DNA of 64,000 nt from Protoeuglena noctilucae (lineage: Eukaryota), in NCBI GenBank assembly GCA_958009085.1, contig OY253678.1:744001-808000 (forward strand), in the 5' to 3' direction. This document shows positions 49,901-62,077 of the stretch, one piece after another (within the stretch, counting starts at the first letter, position 1; every line of letters starts with the position of its first letter). The position numbers and the translations under genes are program-made. The notes under the pieces were generated by a model. That model searched no databases and was not told the origin of the DNA. It was given only the letters and a program-made list of their open reading frames with translations.

Positions 49901-51818
49901 GGCGCGTGCGCATGGCAGCCTCCTGCTCTCGCAGACTCAGACCGCCCACCACGAGAGCGCAGCGAACGTCTGCGGAGACACGGGCGCGAGGGGCGGGGTG
50001 GGCTGGCGGAAGGCACTCGTGGCTTGCAAAGCACAGCTCCGCACCCCGGCGCATTCGGTCAGCCAAGATGCGCATGGGGCGTGGAGGCGCAGCAAGGGCC
50101 CTCGCCTGTGAACTGCGCGAGCTTCGACACCATGCTGTGGATCTGCACGGCCAGCTCGCGCGTGGGCGTGAGGACGAGGAGGTAGGTGGACGAGTGGCGA
50201 CGGTCGCGGTGGAGCAGGCGCTCTAGCACGGGCAGAGCGAACGCAGCGGTCTTGCCCGAGCCCGTCATGGCGCTTCCGCAGATATCACGGCCTGACATGG
50301 CCAGGGGGATGCACGCCGCTTGGATGGGCGTGGGGGACGTGTAGCCCAGGACTGCACACGCCTGCGGGGCACAGGACGCTTCGCATGGGTCGCATGCGAG
50401 CGCGAGACTCCTCAAGATGCCACTTGTCCTTGCTGCTATCCTGGCAAATGCAGCCCGTCGCCCATCGCGTGACACCAAAGCTCACCTTGACGAGCGGCCG
50501 GGAGAGGCCCAGGTCGGCGAAGCTCTTGGCGGTGAACTTGGTCCCATCGGGAGTGCGTGCAAAGAAGCCGCCTTTCTTGTCCCTGGCTGCCTGGCGGCCC
50601 TGCCCTGCGGTCCCCGCCGCCCCGTGCGATGCCCGCCGCTCTGCACCCATCTCCTCTTCGTCATCCGAATCGTCGTCCTCTTCCTCGTCCTCCTCATCGT
50701 CGTCACCGTCGGAGTCTCCTCCGTCGCTCTCGCCCTCCCCATCGCTCTCAGCTGCGTGGTCACCACCGCCGTCCTCGCTCAAAGGGTCCCCACGCGCCCC
50801 ATCTCCGCCCTCGTCGCTATTGCTCTCCGATTCCGATGCGTCGCTGTCATCTGCAGGCATCCAGACGTGCCTCGTGCATCTGATTGAGCCTACTCTACAC
50901 TGGTGCGCACCTCACGCGCATTCCCCCGCGCGCACCTGGCGGGCCTCGGACTGCAGCGCGTGCGCCTGACGCAGCCGCTGCGCCGCGCTTCTCGGCCTGC
51001 TTCCCGCTGCTCGCCGCACTGCCAGCCTTCTGTGCCCCACGCCCAGCCTTGGTCCCCTTAGCGCCCTTATGGTCCCCTGGCTTGGCCTTGTCACCACCCG
51101 TCGCTTTGCCGCGAGGCATATACGCCCTCCCCTCTTCCCTGCGCGAGCGAGGCACGCAGGAGTGACACAGCCGCACGAGCCGCCGCGCAGGCTGCTGTTC
51201 GCCTCCCCGCAAGCCCCAAATCCACCCCGGACGCACGCACCGCGCGCGTTCCAACTCGTCGTCGTCCTCAGAATCGTCATCATCCCCTCCGTCGCTCCCC
51301 GAACCGTCTAAAGACGACGCATCCTGCGAGCGCCAAGACCGTGCCGCACATTCTCCCGGAAAGGCCGAAAACACGCCGCGGGCCAACGAGGAGGTGCATG
51401 ACCAAACGCATCACTCCGTGGCGCTGCCATCTGGGCCCCCGGGTTCGTCCGCTGCGCGAGCGGGACGAGCCACTGGAGAGGCCGGCGGCTTGGCAATTTA
51501 TGCACCCCGTGCCCTCACGCACCTCCTCCTCCTCCTTCGCGCCGCGATTGGCTCTCCTCTCCTGCACCTTCCGCTTGATTCGTTCGTCCACAGACACGCC
51601 CCTGCCGGCACTCTCTCGCGCCTTCTTGATCGCCCCTGCACAGCACAGAGGCGCGCCTCTTGCGCCGCTGGGCGGTGTGGAGCAGCTGCCATGAACGGAA
51701 AGAACATGCTGAGCTGCGCCGCTGACGATTATTTCGCCGCCTCGCCTGTAAACTCCCAAGGAGCCTCCTGCGGCTCCTCTCCAAAGTCGAAGGTGAAGCT
51801 GGGGTCGAAGTCCTTCAT
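46910..51818 (-). CDS. DDX27: DEAD-box RNA helicase DDX27/Drs1 (60S ribosome biogenesis)
   Basis: [71 protein letters not shown] and terminal [10 protein letters not shown]. Confidence 0.92.
48039..48139. repeat. 41-bp direct repeat at 60-bp spacing spanning a DDX27 5' splice site
   Basis: acgcacatcccgcccttggtgtgctcaccgccttcatgacc (48039-48079) versus acgcacatcccacccctgatctgctcaccgccttcatgacc (48099-48139). Confidence 0.85.
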
Positions 51819-52113
51819 CTTCTCAGGCACGGAAGCAACGACCAGACAGGGTGTACGGATGCGCGGAGTTTATCCTGCGCTTGGTGTGCGCCGCAACGGC
51901 ACTCCAGCGATAACTGGGGCTTCGTCAAAGCAAGTGTCCGGCAAAGAACGTCCTGAGCGCATGTAACCGCCCAAACTGCCCGCGCGGGCACGCCATCCTC
52001 GCCCTTTGGGTACCTCCGGCTGGCGCTTCGCGAGTCTGTCTCGCCTCCAAATTGTCAATCCTCGTCCCTGCTGCCAAGCCCAGTCCGGCGCTGATCCGTC
52101 ATGGTTGCTAGGC

Positions 52114-53557
52114 ATGCGCTGGCTGCGGCGGCCAGGGGCCTGGGCGCTGCCCGGGCGCCGGGCACGTTCGCCAAGGTTTGCGAATGCCGCCGTGGGAGCA
52201 CCTCGTCTCCGGAGTTCCCGCTGTCCATGTCAGCTGTCTCTGAACTGCGTGTCTTTGCTGCAGGGAACGTACGCCTCCTGATAGCTGGTGAATGCCGCGA
52301 GAGATTAGGGAGTATGTGTCGGACGCTCCCCGCGTCCTACTCGCCGCTCCCCTGCGGCACGGTCGCATTCCTCACCATGCCAATGGCTTTGCTCTCCGCG
52401 CAGAGCACGGCTCTGTGCGGGTCGCGGAGGGTGGTTGCGAGGTCGATGCGTCCTCGCCGGAGAGGCTCGCCCTGCGTGTGGTAAGTGCGGGCTAGGCTCC
52501 GCATGAGTGATTGAGCATAATGAGCGCACCCAGCGATGCAACTGCGTGTAACTGTTGCACGTGCAGGGACCGCAAGCGGTGCTGCGCGTTCCGCCTAGTC
52601 ACTGCAACGTGCACGTGGAGAGCGGGGATGGCGACGTGGAGGTCGAGGCGGTGAAGGAGGCAGGCGTGGAGGTCAGGAGCGTGTCGGGCCATGTGCACGT
52701 GGGCAAAGTGCAGGGCCCGTTTGCGAGGATCGCGACGGGGGGCAGGGCGAGCGGGACGCTGGTGGCGGCAGAGGTCCACGTGAGCGCAGGGGAGCTCGGT
52801 GAGAGCCGTGCAGCGCCTGCAGCCGCGCGATGCCGAGCCCACAGTCGCGTCTTGCCACCAAAGGCGAACCCGGAGCGCACGCCCGACCGCAGCGTTGCAG
52901 CGGGTGATGGGGAGGCGCCTCCAGCTGTCCAGCCAGGGACCCGCGTCAGTCAAGTACTTGTATGCCGAGGAGGCTTTGCATCTCGAGTGCAGCGGGGGTG
53001 CCCTGAGCATTGGGACGCTCCATGCACCCAACGGGGCTGACCTGGAGTGCCAGGGGGGGGCGTGTCGTGTTGGCAGCGTGGACGGTTCGACATCCATCCG
53101 CACTGCGGGGGGGGCCGTGGAGTTCCTGAAGGTCGACTCGCCCGGCGTCATCCGCGTACAGGTGCGAAGCTGGCGGTAAAAGGGCGCAGGAAGCCCAGGG
53201 CCCTTGCGGGCCCTGGCGTGTGAGTTTGACACCCGCTGCGCTCCGCTGACGCAGTCGGGCGGCGGAGACGTGACGTGCAAGCTGGCTGCGACGACGGACG
53301 TGGATGTGGACCTGCGGGGTGGCCATGTGGACGTGTCGGCCCTGGCTGGCGACTTCGATTTGGAAGGGAGCAGCGGGGATGGGCGGGTGCAGGGGCGGCT
53401 CGTCAGCCGCGGGGCGTTTTCCGGCTCCCAGGGCCGCCTGCTGCCATGCAGCCGGCCGTCCAAAGTCGAGATCGACGCCGGGGCAGGGCGGGTGCGGCTG
53501 CTTAGGTCGTCATGGATCGATGCCGTCGCAGCCGGGGCTGTCGCTACCGCGCGTTGA
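52114..53557 (+). CDS. DUF4097/FAM185A-like beta-solenoid protein, probably mitochondrial
   Basis: Repeats VESGDGDVEV, VRSVSGHVHV, LECSGGALSI, IRTAGGAVEF and SGGGDVTC, with an Arg-rich presequence-like N-terminus. Confidence 0.7.
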
Positions 53558-53565
53558 ATGCCTGG

Positions 53566-54261
53566 CTAGTTGGAATCGCGGTCAAGGTCGGCTGCCACGT
53601 AGAAAGGACTCAATGGCATGTTGGGCGCAGTGTCGAACATGACCTCCTCCAAGCTGGTCCCGGTGAAGCACACCCAGCCCATGTCGACCGTGCGGCGCAA
53701 TGTCGAGTGGCGCTGCGTAGTGCTGTAGTACATGTAACGCTCCGAGTGGGGCACGTACCCGATGCGCATGTCAAACACGTTCGCTTTCGCGTCGTACGGC
53801 ATCATCGAACCCTGCGGGAAGTGGATGCCATCGGTCATAGGCGCTTTATCTGCGACTCAGGCACGACGAGGCGAGTCCAGATGTCAAAGTCGCACCCTTT
53901 CGTCCTCCCAGTACAGCTCGCCGTGGCGTGGGCCCCCGACTTCCAGCTCGGGGGCCCCGCCTGGATCCCTCCACTGCCACTGCCCCGTTTCCGTGTTCCA
54001 GCAGAGGCGGTCTGGCGTGTGAGGAGCCGTCACCTGCGCGTAAATAATGCGGTGAGGCTTGGATGGTGGAGCAGAGGAGTTGCGTGGACATTTCTCTCCG
54101 CTGATCATCGATGCGCTCACCGCGGCACGCCTCATCGATTCCTGGACAGCTAACTGCTCATTTGACACCGGAAACGCGTGCCGGGGCGCGGAGGGAGGGA
54201 GGCCGTCACAATGCGCGGTGCTCGCCAGGGCCAACAGGAGCACGATCCCCGCGCTCATCAT
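53566..54261 (-). CDS. Secreted orphan protein, 3 exons
   Basis: Signal peptide MMSAGIVLLLALASTAHC. Exons join RRAA|VTAPH...WEDER|GSMMPY...DRDSN* through GT-AG introns. Confidence 0.65.
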
Positions 54262-54486
54262 CTTCGAGGGGCTAGCATCAATTGAACATGAAGCAAGTAG
54301 GGGAGTGAAGCCCTAAGTGGCTCGATTGGACGAACAATGGCACCACAGTGGCAAGATGGGGGCTTCCCTCGTCTGAGCCAGCCGATATGCGATATTCAAT
54401 GTGTCCGCATTGAAGACTGGGGATTTTTATCATAGGACAGCCGTTTCTCAATCACCCCCTACTAGCTGTCCTTGCGCTAAGCCAAG

Positions 54487-55525
54487 TTAGGGTTCCTGAC
54501 CCCGCCAGGCATCGCGGGCATCCTTCGCGACCTTGAGGAGCACCAGAGCGACGGCGACGGCCAGCATCATCCACACGGTGTTCCTGACGGCGCCGTCCCC
54601 CTGGGCCGCGAGGAGCACGTCCTGCCCGAGGCGGTGCCATGCGGAGGCGTTGAACACGCCCAGACAGAAGCCCACAAGCACCTGGGGCCACGTGTGGTAG
54701 CCGACGACGACGCGGAGGGACGCCAGGGCGCCGGCGAGAAGGATGCACGCGCTTGCCATAACGCCGGGAGGCAGGGACGGCGCCCATTGCGGCGCGACGA
54801 GGGCGGCGTAGGTGCTGCGAGCCCAGGACAGGAGAGTAGTGCTGGAGGGCGCCCGCCGTCACGGCCGAAGCTGCGGTTGTCATGCGCGCAGCCACACACC
54901 TGAGAAACGCCAGGGATTGGGCATGGGAGCTTGGCATCCCCGGGTCTCGCTTGCGCGCCGTCCCGGGGCGCTCATGGTTGAGAATCCGTTTTAAGACTGG
55001 CGGGTGTGGGAGAGGAGGAGCTGTTTACGACTACCGTCGCTGCGATGTCTGCAAGCTCTTCGAGCAACAGGGCATGCCGCACCCTTGTTGACGATGGCGG
55101 CCGCCACAGAGCCCGACAGCGCCCACGCCACCTCGTCGGTCGGCAGGAGGAAGAGAATCCCAAAACAGCTCCCCGCGACCGCATACTTGGTCGCCGTATT
55201 GATTCCTCTCAGCACGCCGCCGTCGGCCACGGCTCGTGCCACGCACAGTCGCCTGTCCCAGCGCGACGTCGCCCTTGCAGGAGGTTTCCCACCGTCTACA
55301 TAGTAGTCCTGTGCGTAAACATCAATCAGCAATCCATGGCTGCTCGTACCGCGGTGCATCGAGGGCACCCACGCGGATCGGCCCACGCACCATGTACTTG
55401 CTCGACATCAGACGTCTCCCCCGGTGCGTCGGAAACTTACACGTACAAATCAGTGGCCTTATTTGACATCGCGCCTGAAAAACACGCCCCTCAGTCCCCC
55501 CCGACGACGCGGGGACAACGTCCAT
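54487..55525 (-). CDS. PAP2-family lipid phosphate phosphatase epsilon / dolichyldiphosphatase-like
   Basis: C1 motif LKRILNHERP, C2 motif PGMPSSHAQ, C3 motif LRVVVGYHTWPQV and several TM helices. Start tentative. Confidence 0.85.
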
Positions 55526-55734
55526 TCCGGCGTCAAGGGAGGCGGAATTTCGCCATGCAGTCCTGTGAGGAGCGTGGCGGCAGACAGTTATGACGAGTCC
55601 AATGGCTACCGTAGAGAAATCTGTGACCCTTACGAGGCCATGCGTTCACAGCACTGGCATGTACCGCTGTCAGATTTTCCACGCTTGAGATCCATGTGGC
55701 GCAGGCAGCGCCTGTGGGAACGCACGAGCGCCTG

Positions 55735-57129
55735 ATGAGGATCCTCGCGGAGGCCGCGGGCTCGCCAGGTGGGGCCCAGGGGATGGATCCCGCCCTGGAG
55801 CTCCTCGACTTGCTTGCGCGGGGCCGCACTCGGCCGCCGAGCAGCTGCACCCAGCCATGGCGCCGGCCTCCAGACGAGTACAAGCCTGCCGATAAAGCGG
55901 TGCAGGCCGAGTTCTTCCTCTGCCTCGCGAGCGACGGAGAAGAGGCCGATGTGCAGGACTGCGTCCCCGTGGCGCTCTTCCGACCAGCCGGGGTCACGGA
56001 GCAGCTGCCCTGCGTGATATTCATGCACCATACGGGATCAAGGTGACGACACCGCGCTTGTGTCTGCGCTCTCTCGTTTCCTAGCTCGTTTCCTCGACGC
56101 GCGGCGTTCGAGGCAGCGATCCCGCTCCGATACCGCGCAGTATCGAGGGCGTCCGAGCCGAGATGGAGGACTACGCGAGGCGGGGTTACATTGCCGTGGG
56201 ATTCGACTGTCGCTACCACGGCGTCCGGGCCCTCTCCGGTTCCCCCGAGGGACTCCCGCCCGGCTCCGACGCCCGTGACGTGTATCAAGACGAGCTCCTT
56301 CGCGCGTTCCTCGGCGAAGTCGACGACAAGCCCTTTCTGATGGACAACGCCTGGGACGCCATGGCCGTCGTGGACGCCCTGCTCGCCAGGGGCGACGTGG
56401 ACCCGTCGCGCGTGGCGGCGTGCGGCTTCAGCCTCGGTGGGATGGTCGCGTGGCTGCTCGCCGCAGCCGACGCGCGGGTGTGCGCCGCGGTGGCTCTCCT
56501 GGCCCTCCAGGACTTCGGCTGGGCCGTGGACCGGGGCCGGTGGCAGGGGCGCGTGGACAGCATCCCTCGCTTCTTCGCTGCGGCAGCGGAGGCAGAGGGA
56601 AGGGACCGTCCGGACGCGGAGTTGGTGCGCGCCGCGTGGGACCGGCTCCTGCCGGGGATGCTGCAGGGGTGGGACATGCCGGACTCCCTCCCGTCGGTCG
56701 CCCCACGCCCACTGCTCTGCATCAACAAGGAGCGGGACCCGCGGTGCCCCGTCGCTGGCCTGGGCCGGGCCCTGCGCAACCTGCGCGCTGCGTACGAGAA
56801 TGCCGGCGCACTCGGTGAGCTTTTTGCTAGGCAGTTGTGGAGGCCTCACTGTGCTGTCCTGTGTGCCGGCGTCACACTCGCTGCCACGCGCCGACGCAGA
56901 TAACGTGCACGTGTCGGTGTTCCGTGGGTGTGGTCACGAGGTAGTTCCGGGGATGAAGGCCATGGCAGCTGCGTGGCTGGGCGCAGTGGTGCATGGGGAA
57001 CAGGGCCCTTGGCGCACTGCGGCCGGGGTCAGTCCCTGCGACCCGGCGCTGGTGGAAGATCCGGAGGCACGCGCGGTGATTGAGAGCAACGCAGCCATCT
57101 GTGCCTTGTATGACGCCCACCACACATAG
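55735..57129 (+). CDS. Alpha/beta hydrolase (dienelactone hydrolase/esterase-like)
   Basis: GFDCRYHG, nucleophile elbow GFSLGG, acid in APRPLLCINKERDPRCP and His in GCGHEV. The true start may be upstream. Confidence 0.85.
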
Positions 57130-57313
57130 GCACCCAGCCACCCCAGCCACCTTGCGTCCACTTGCCCTCTTCTCCCGAGGCGACATTGCGCCATTCGCTC
57201 TAGTTCCTCTACCATACATCTCTCTCTGTTCTCTACTGCGGTGGTGCTGATGCTAGCAGCCGCCCAGTCGCGTCACGGTTTCAACGATTCGTGCTGAGGG
57301 CCGAAACATCGAC

Positions 57314-60300
57314 TCAGCTATCCTCGAACGACATGCTCTCCCCTGACGTGTCCGTCTCGTCTCTGCCGTAGCCCCTACCGCGGGCAGCGTGGCGCGGCTG
57401 GACATGAGAAGACTCGGCGCTGTGCTCGCCACGCACAGGCGCGCCACGTGCCCCGCCTATACCAGCCCCGCCCATGCTGGGCCTCTTGTCGCCTCTGACC
57501 CTCGCACCGCCATCCCCGTCGGGCCTGCCACCCGCGTCCCTGACCCTCGCGCCGCCGTGACTGTCGTGCCTGCCACCCGTGTCACCCCACTGCGGCCCTT
57601 GCCCCGTCAGCAGGGACGTGTACGCGGCGCTGACTTCCTGGAGCGCACGCGAGACCTCAGCCACCGCACCGTCCTGCGACCGTGCCGCGACCGGCCCCGT
57701 CTCTATCCGTGAAGCCCACCGTCCCGCCTCCGCACTCCGTGAGGGCGACCCAGGGCCGCTGTGCCTTGGACCAGCAGACGGACGCACGCCGTCTCCCAGG
57801 TATGATGGAGGGGCTCCACCCCTGGCCCCACGTTCCTCAGGTGGCCCGTATGCGCTCCCATCGCCTCGGTGTCCGCGCCCATCGCTCCCCTCAAAGGCAC
57901 CCGGACCTCCCCTCGCGTCCCGTCCTCGCCCCCCGCCCCGCTCCATGTCGTGCACCATAGCGGTGAGGTCACGCACGCGCTCTCTGAGCCGCTCGACCTC
58001 TGCTAGGGCCGCCCTCCGTCCCTCGTCTGCCGTGGCCCGGTGCCACTTGTAGTAATCGACCGTCTCTTCGGACTCCGCCACCTGGGCCCGAAGGGTCTCA
58101 ATTTCCCCTGGGACGGACCGAGCGGGGAAGGAAAGGCGTTTTGAGCAATAACAGTGGCAGGGAAGAGGTGCGGTTTCTTGCATGCAGGCGACACCGATGA
58201 GAGCGAGGTCAGGTGCGGGTGAGATGCCGCGCTCACCAGTGCTGCGGCTGAGGGTGTCGGCCATCTGTGCCATTCGCTCCACGAGGCCCTGGTTGCGGTG
58301 CACGAGGCGCTGGACCTCGGCCCTGTCCGCTTGAACCTGGTCCTCCAAGCCCCGCATCTCCTGACGCAGCCGCCGCACCTCTTGCTCCTGAGTCAGGCTT
58401 TTGTCCAGCAACGCCTGGCGCTGGCCCTGCGGGAATGCGCGAGAGGCATTGTGAGTTGGGAGTGGAGAGAACCGGTGTGCTCCACCCATCACGTGCCGTG
58501 CTGTACATGGCAAGGAGGGTTGCTTGAGTGTGGGCCCCAGGTCTCGTCACCTGGAGCTCCGTGATGAGCGTCTCCCTACCCTCGATGCCCTGCTTGGCCT
58601 TCTGCAGCGCACGGTTCTCCTCGCGCAGGCGCTTGAGCTCTGCTAACAGCTCCGACTCCCGCACCCGGGCGCGTGTCACGGCCGACGCGGGGCGGCGCGT
58701 CACATGCTGGGCCGTGGGGGTGACCACCGACCGGTTACCTAGCTGCGAGGACGGGAGAGGAGGTTAAGGACCGTTGGGCACCGACACAGCACCCCTGCCT
58801 GTCGCCTTTCATCCTGCGCCCGACAGTCTCTCACCTCGTGCATCAGGTCTAGCTCCTCCACCACCTGCCGCTTCTCGGCCCGCAATGCTCTGAGCGCCTG
58901 GCCCATCCCCACGACACGGATGCGTTGCGCCACCACAATCTGCGGACACGTGTGACGGCCACGGGCTCAGGGACGCGTGCCGCGCGCCCAGGGTGCGCCC
59001 ACGCTCCCTCAACCCATGCCCTGCCAGCGACGCTCACCTGCACCAGCTCCCGCTTAGGCAGCTTGACGAGCTCCTTGGGCGCCAGCTTCCCCCGTGCCAG
59101 CACCCCCTGCATCCCCAAAGAGTCAAACGACCCCGTCACGCCCGGGTAAATCTCCTGGGACATCTCGACCAAAGCAGTCGACCGGTGGCCCAATGCCGGT
59201 GCCGACACCTCCCCGCGCAACGCCAGCGCACGGGGGGGGCTCGACGGCGACGGCTCAGCCGGGGAAGGGCGTCCGTCGATGGAGTCACGAGGCCCGGCGC
59301 CCTGGGGCTGATTTCTTCGCGCATAACCACCAGGGCTCGGTCCTTCGTCCCCGGCCGCCGCGTCGAGGGTCCCCGCGCTGGCAGACCGCGCGTGACGCAC
59401 CACGCGACCCTGCCGCCCCGCCCCGACCTCAGTGCCTCGCTTCCCCGCCAGCGGCGGCTTGCCGGGGCGCGCGGCCGCCCCGCCCCTGCCGCGCCCCAGC
59501 GACGTCCCCTCGCTCGCCTCGCCCTCCAGGTCCTCTGCATCGCCCAAGTGCTCCTCGACACCTCCGCCAGTAACCCCCCACCTCTCGCCTCTCCTTGCCA
59601 CTTCCCTACCTCCGTAGTAATCCTCACTCCCCGAGTGATCCTCTGCCCAGTCACCCTCCGCGGCCCCCCGGCCGGACCAAGGCACACTCGCAAGCCCACT
59701 GGGTTCCTGCCGCATTGCATCGTGGGCATCGACCGAGTGCACCGTGTGCCCTCGTGGAGTCGCACGACCCTCAACTACGTCCGAAGCGACAGCCCCGTAT
59801 GCCCCACGCGGTGGCACCCCTCCTTGCAGGTGCCGCCCACCGTGCGAGGGCGCATCGGCGGAACCCGCCGACGTCGCGGTGACCCCGCTCCATCCCAGAG
59901 GACCCCGCACGGGCGACCACCGCCCAGGCGAGGCTCCGCTGGGGTCAAAGAGCTCTCGCCTCGCCGGTGGTCGCTCGGGGGGCCCAGCCCCACCCGAGCG
60001 ATCGTGCTGTGGGTCCCGAGGGTGCCCGTGGGGGCGGTGTCGAGGCGGCTGGTCAGTTTGTGCGAAATAGTCGTCGTCATGAGCCGCACGCCAGGACGGG
60101 GGTGGACGGCCACGAGAGTCGAACGGGGGGCGCCCCGCATGCGTCGCGACGCGGGAGGGCGACTGGCCTTGGGTCGCTGCAAGGGACAGAGAGAGGAGTT
60201 GTGTTGGCAATGACTGCGCCGCAAGCAGAAGAAGGGGACAGCGATGGCCGCGTGGGGGCCTCACCTCGGCCCCAGTGCGGCTGGGCGGTCCAGTCCATCG

Positions 60301-61287
60301 CGCCTTGGGTGGACACTGCGGTGGGGGTCGAAAGCAAGGTGAGGCAAAAGTCCATTAGGGCGGCATGCGCAGTGCGTGATCCCATGGTGGATGGTATATT
60401 CGTCTCAAACGCCCTTGCCTGAGGCCCGCAGAGGGACACCGTCCCAGTCCCCAGAGACGAATCTGCGCTCCCTCATGACGGGCGCGCGCGGGTCCTCAGA
60501 GATCGGGGCAGGCACCGGTGCCAACTGGGGGGGGGGGGGGGGGGGGGGAGGGGGGGGTGGGTGAGAGGAAAGACGGCGATGTTTTGCTGCCTTGCGTGGC
60601 GTCAGTGCCTTGGACAGGTGCGTGAGGCTCACGCACCTTGGACGGGGAGCTCTGGTGCATCACAGTGAGAGACAGGCGCTCTACGGCGCTGCCCAGTGCC
60701 TTGATGATGCGGTCCGCGACCTGCGGGCTCGGCCCGCTGACCCCCGGTGGCGCATCGGACGCCGCTGCCACGCTGGAGACCGATGCCCTGTCGGCGCTGG
60801 TCCGCAGTGAGCTCTCCCGCAGCCTCTTCTTCAGCTCGGCAATGCTGGGTATCTTCCTCTGTCTCTGAGGGGTTCCTGGGCCGGCACGGTGGACGAAAGT
60901 GTTCGTAAATCCATAGGCTGCATCGCAGCGATGGGCTGCTCGGGCGCCCCGAAGGCCACACATCCGACATGTTGCAGCATATGTCATTGACCCTTGCCTG
61001 TCGGTAGGCCTTCCGGGCCCCCCCATCGCATGCACGCACCTGCCGACATCATGCCCCTCCCATAACAACTTGGTCAGCGCCCGGTCCGCGGCACGGGCCC
61101 GCCAACGCCTCCGCACGCGTTGAAATACATCAATACATTGCATGGGCCAGATGCGCTCTGAAATGGCGCTGTCAGACGGCAGACGTGTCAGGGAGGGTTG
61201 TCTGTTGGACAAAGACCGCCTCGCGAGCCAAGCGCCTGTCAATGTGATATCTTGATACGACTTTGCATGCGTCTTGGGGACGCCCAT
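57314..61287 (-). CDS. Large low-complexity and coiled-coil protein of unknown function
   Basis: Spliced heptad-rich exons ESELLAELKRLREENRALQK, EQEVRRLRQEMRGLEDQV and AALAEVERLRERVRDL. The 5' exon is uncertain. Confidence 0.6.
60527..60561 (-). repeat. Poly-G tract (+ strand), read as a poly-C polypyrimidine tract before a splice acceptor on the - strand
   Basis: The - strand reads ...cccccccag|TTGGCACCG, in frame with upstream exon end SPSK|GTGCGT. Confidence 0.7.
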
Positions 61288-62077
61288 CAAACGCCGCCAG
61301 ACCAGAGCAACTCCGGGCAGCCCCGAGGCCGCGGTGCGGCCCCGGGGCAGGTTCTGCGGCGCGTTTGGATCGAAGAACCTGCGTAAGGGCAGGGACAAGA
61401 TTTCCTCGCGTCTCGCACCTCTGGGGCCAACTTTTTTTTTGGGCAGCCCCTCCCTGCTCACAACTAGGGTGCGCGAGGCGACGGACACCTGACTTTTCAA
61501 CGAGAAAAGCTGGCGAAGCGGCCTGTTTGTGGGCGGGTCCGGGCGGTGAGGCGACTGTCGCCCTAAAATGGATAATGGGCTTGCTGCGACGTTAAGACGT
61601 CGGCCTTTCGCAAGCAACAGCATGACGACAAATGGGTGGGTTGCGGTGCGATGGCGCACGACGTCGCGAGCCTGCACACTGCCTCCCGCGCAGGGCGAAG
61701 GGCACGGTACGGACGTCAGATCGCCTCTTGCCGCTGGAGGGGTCAGCAGGGGCGTTGAGCGGCGCAATGGGAGCTTTCGTCAGCGACAACACCTCTGGAA
61801 GGGCGAGGTGAGATATGATGCCGCCTTCGCGTCGCGGGGACCGGACGGGCGAGTCACATCACGCCGGGGCGAATGCGCGTCGAAGGGGGCATGCAGCGGC
61901 GCCAACTCTACGCCGCGTTCTTTACACAGGCGCGAAGGTCCAGAAGGTCGCGCGCCTTTCCCCGGGGGTCTCTCGAGTAAGAACAACTTGGGCAGCCAAT
62001 TTTGGCCGCGCCCACAGCTGCTGCCCCCACCCGCGATTCGACTCAATGGCTGTCGCTACCTCCCCACGGCTGCAGGA

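Noticed and set aside
60527..60561. Polyproline or polyglycine coding run
   Set aside because: Better explained as an intronic poly-C tract just before an in-frame acceptor. The homopolymer length may also be unreliable.
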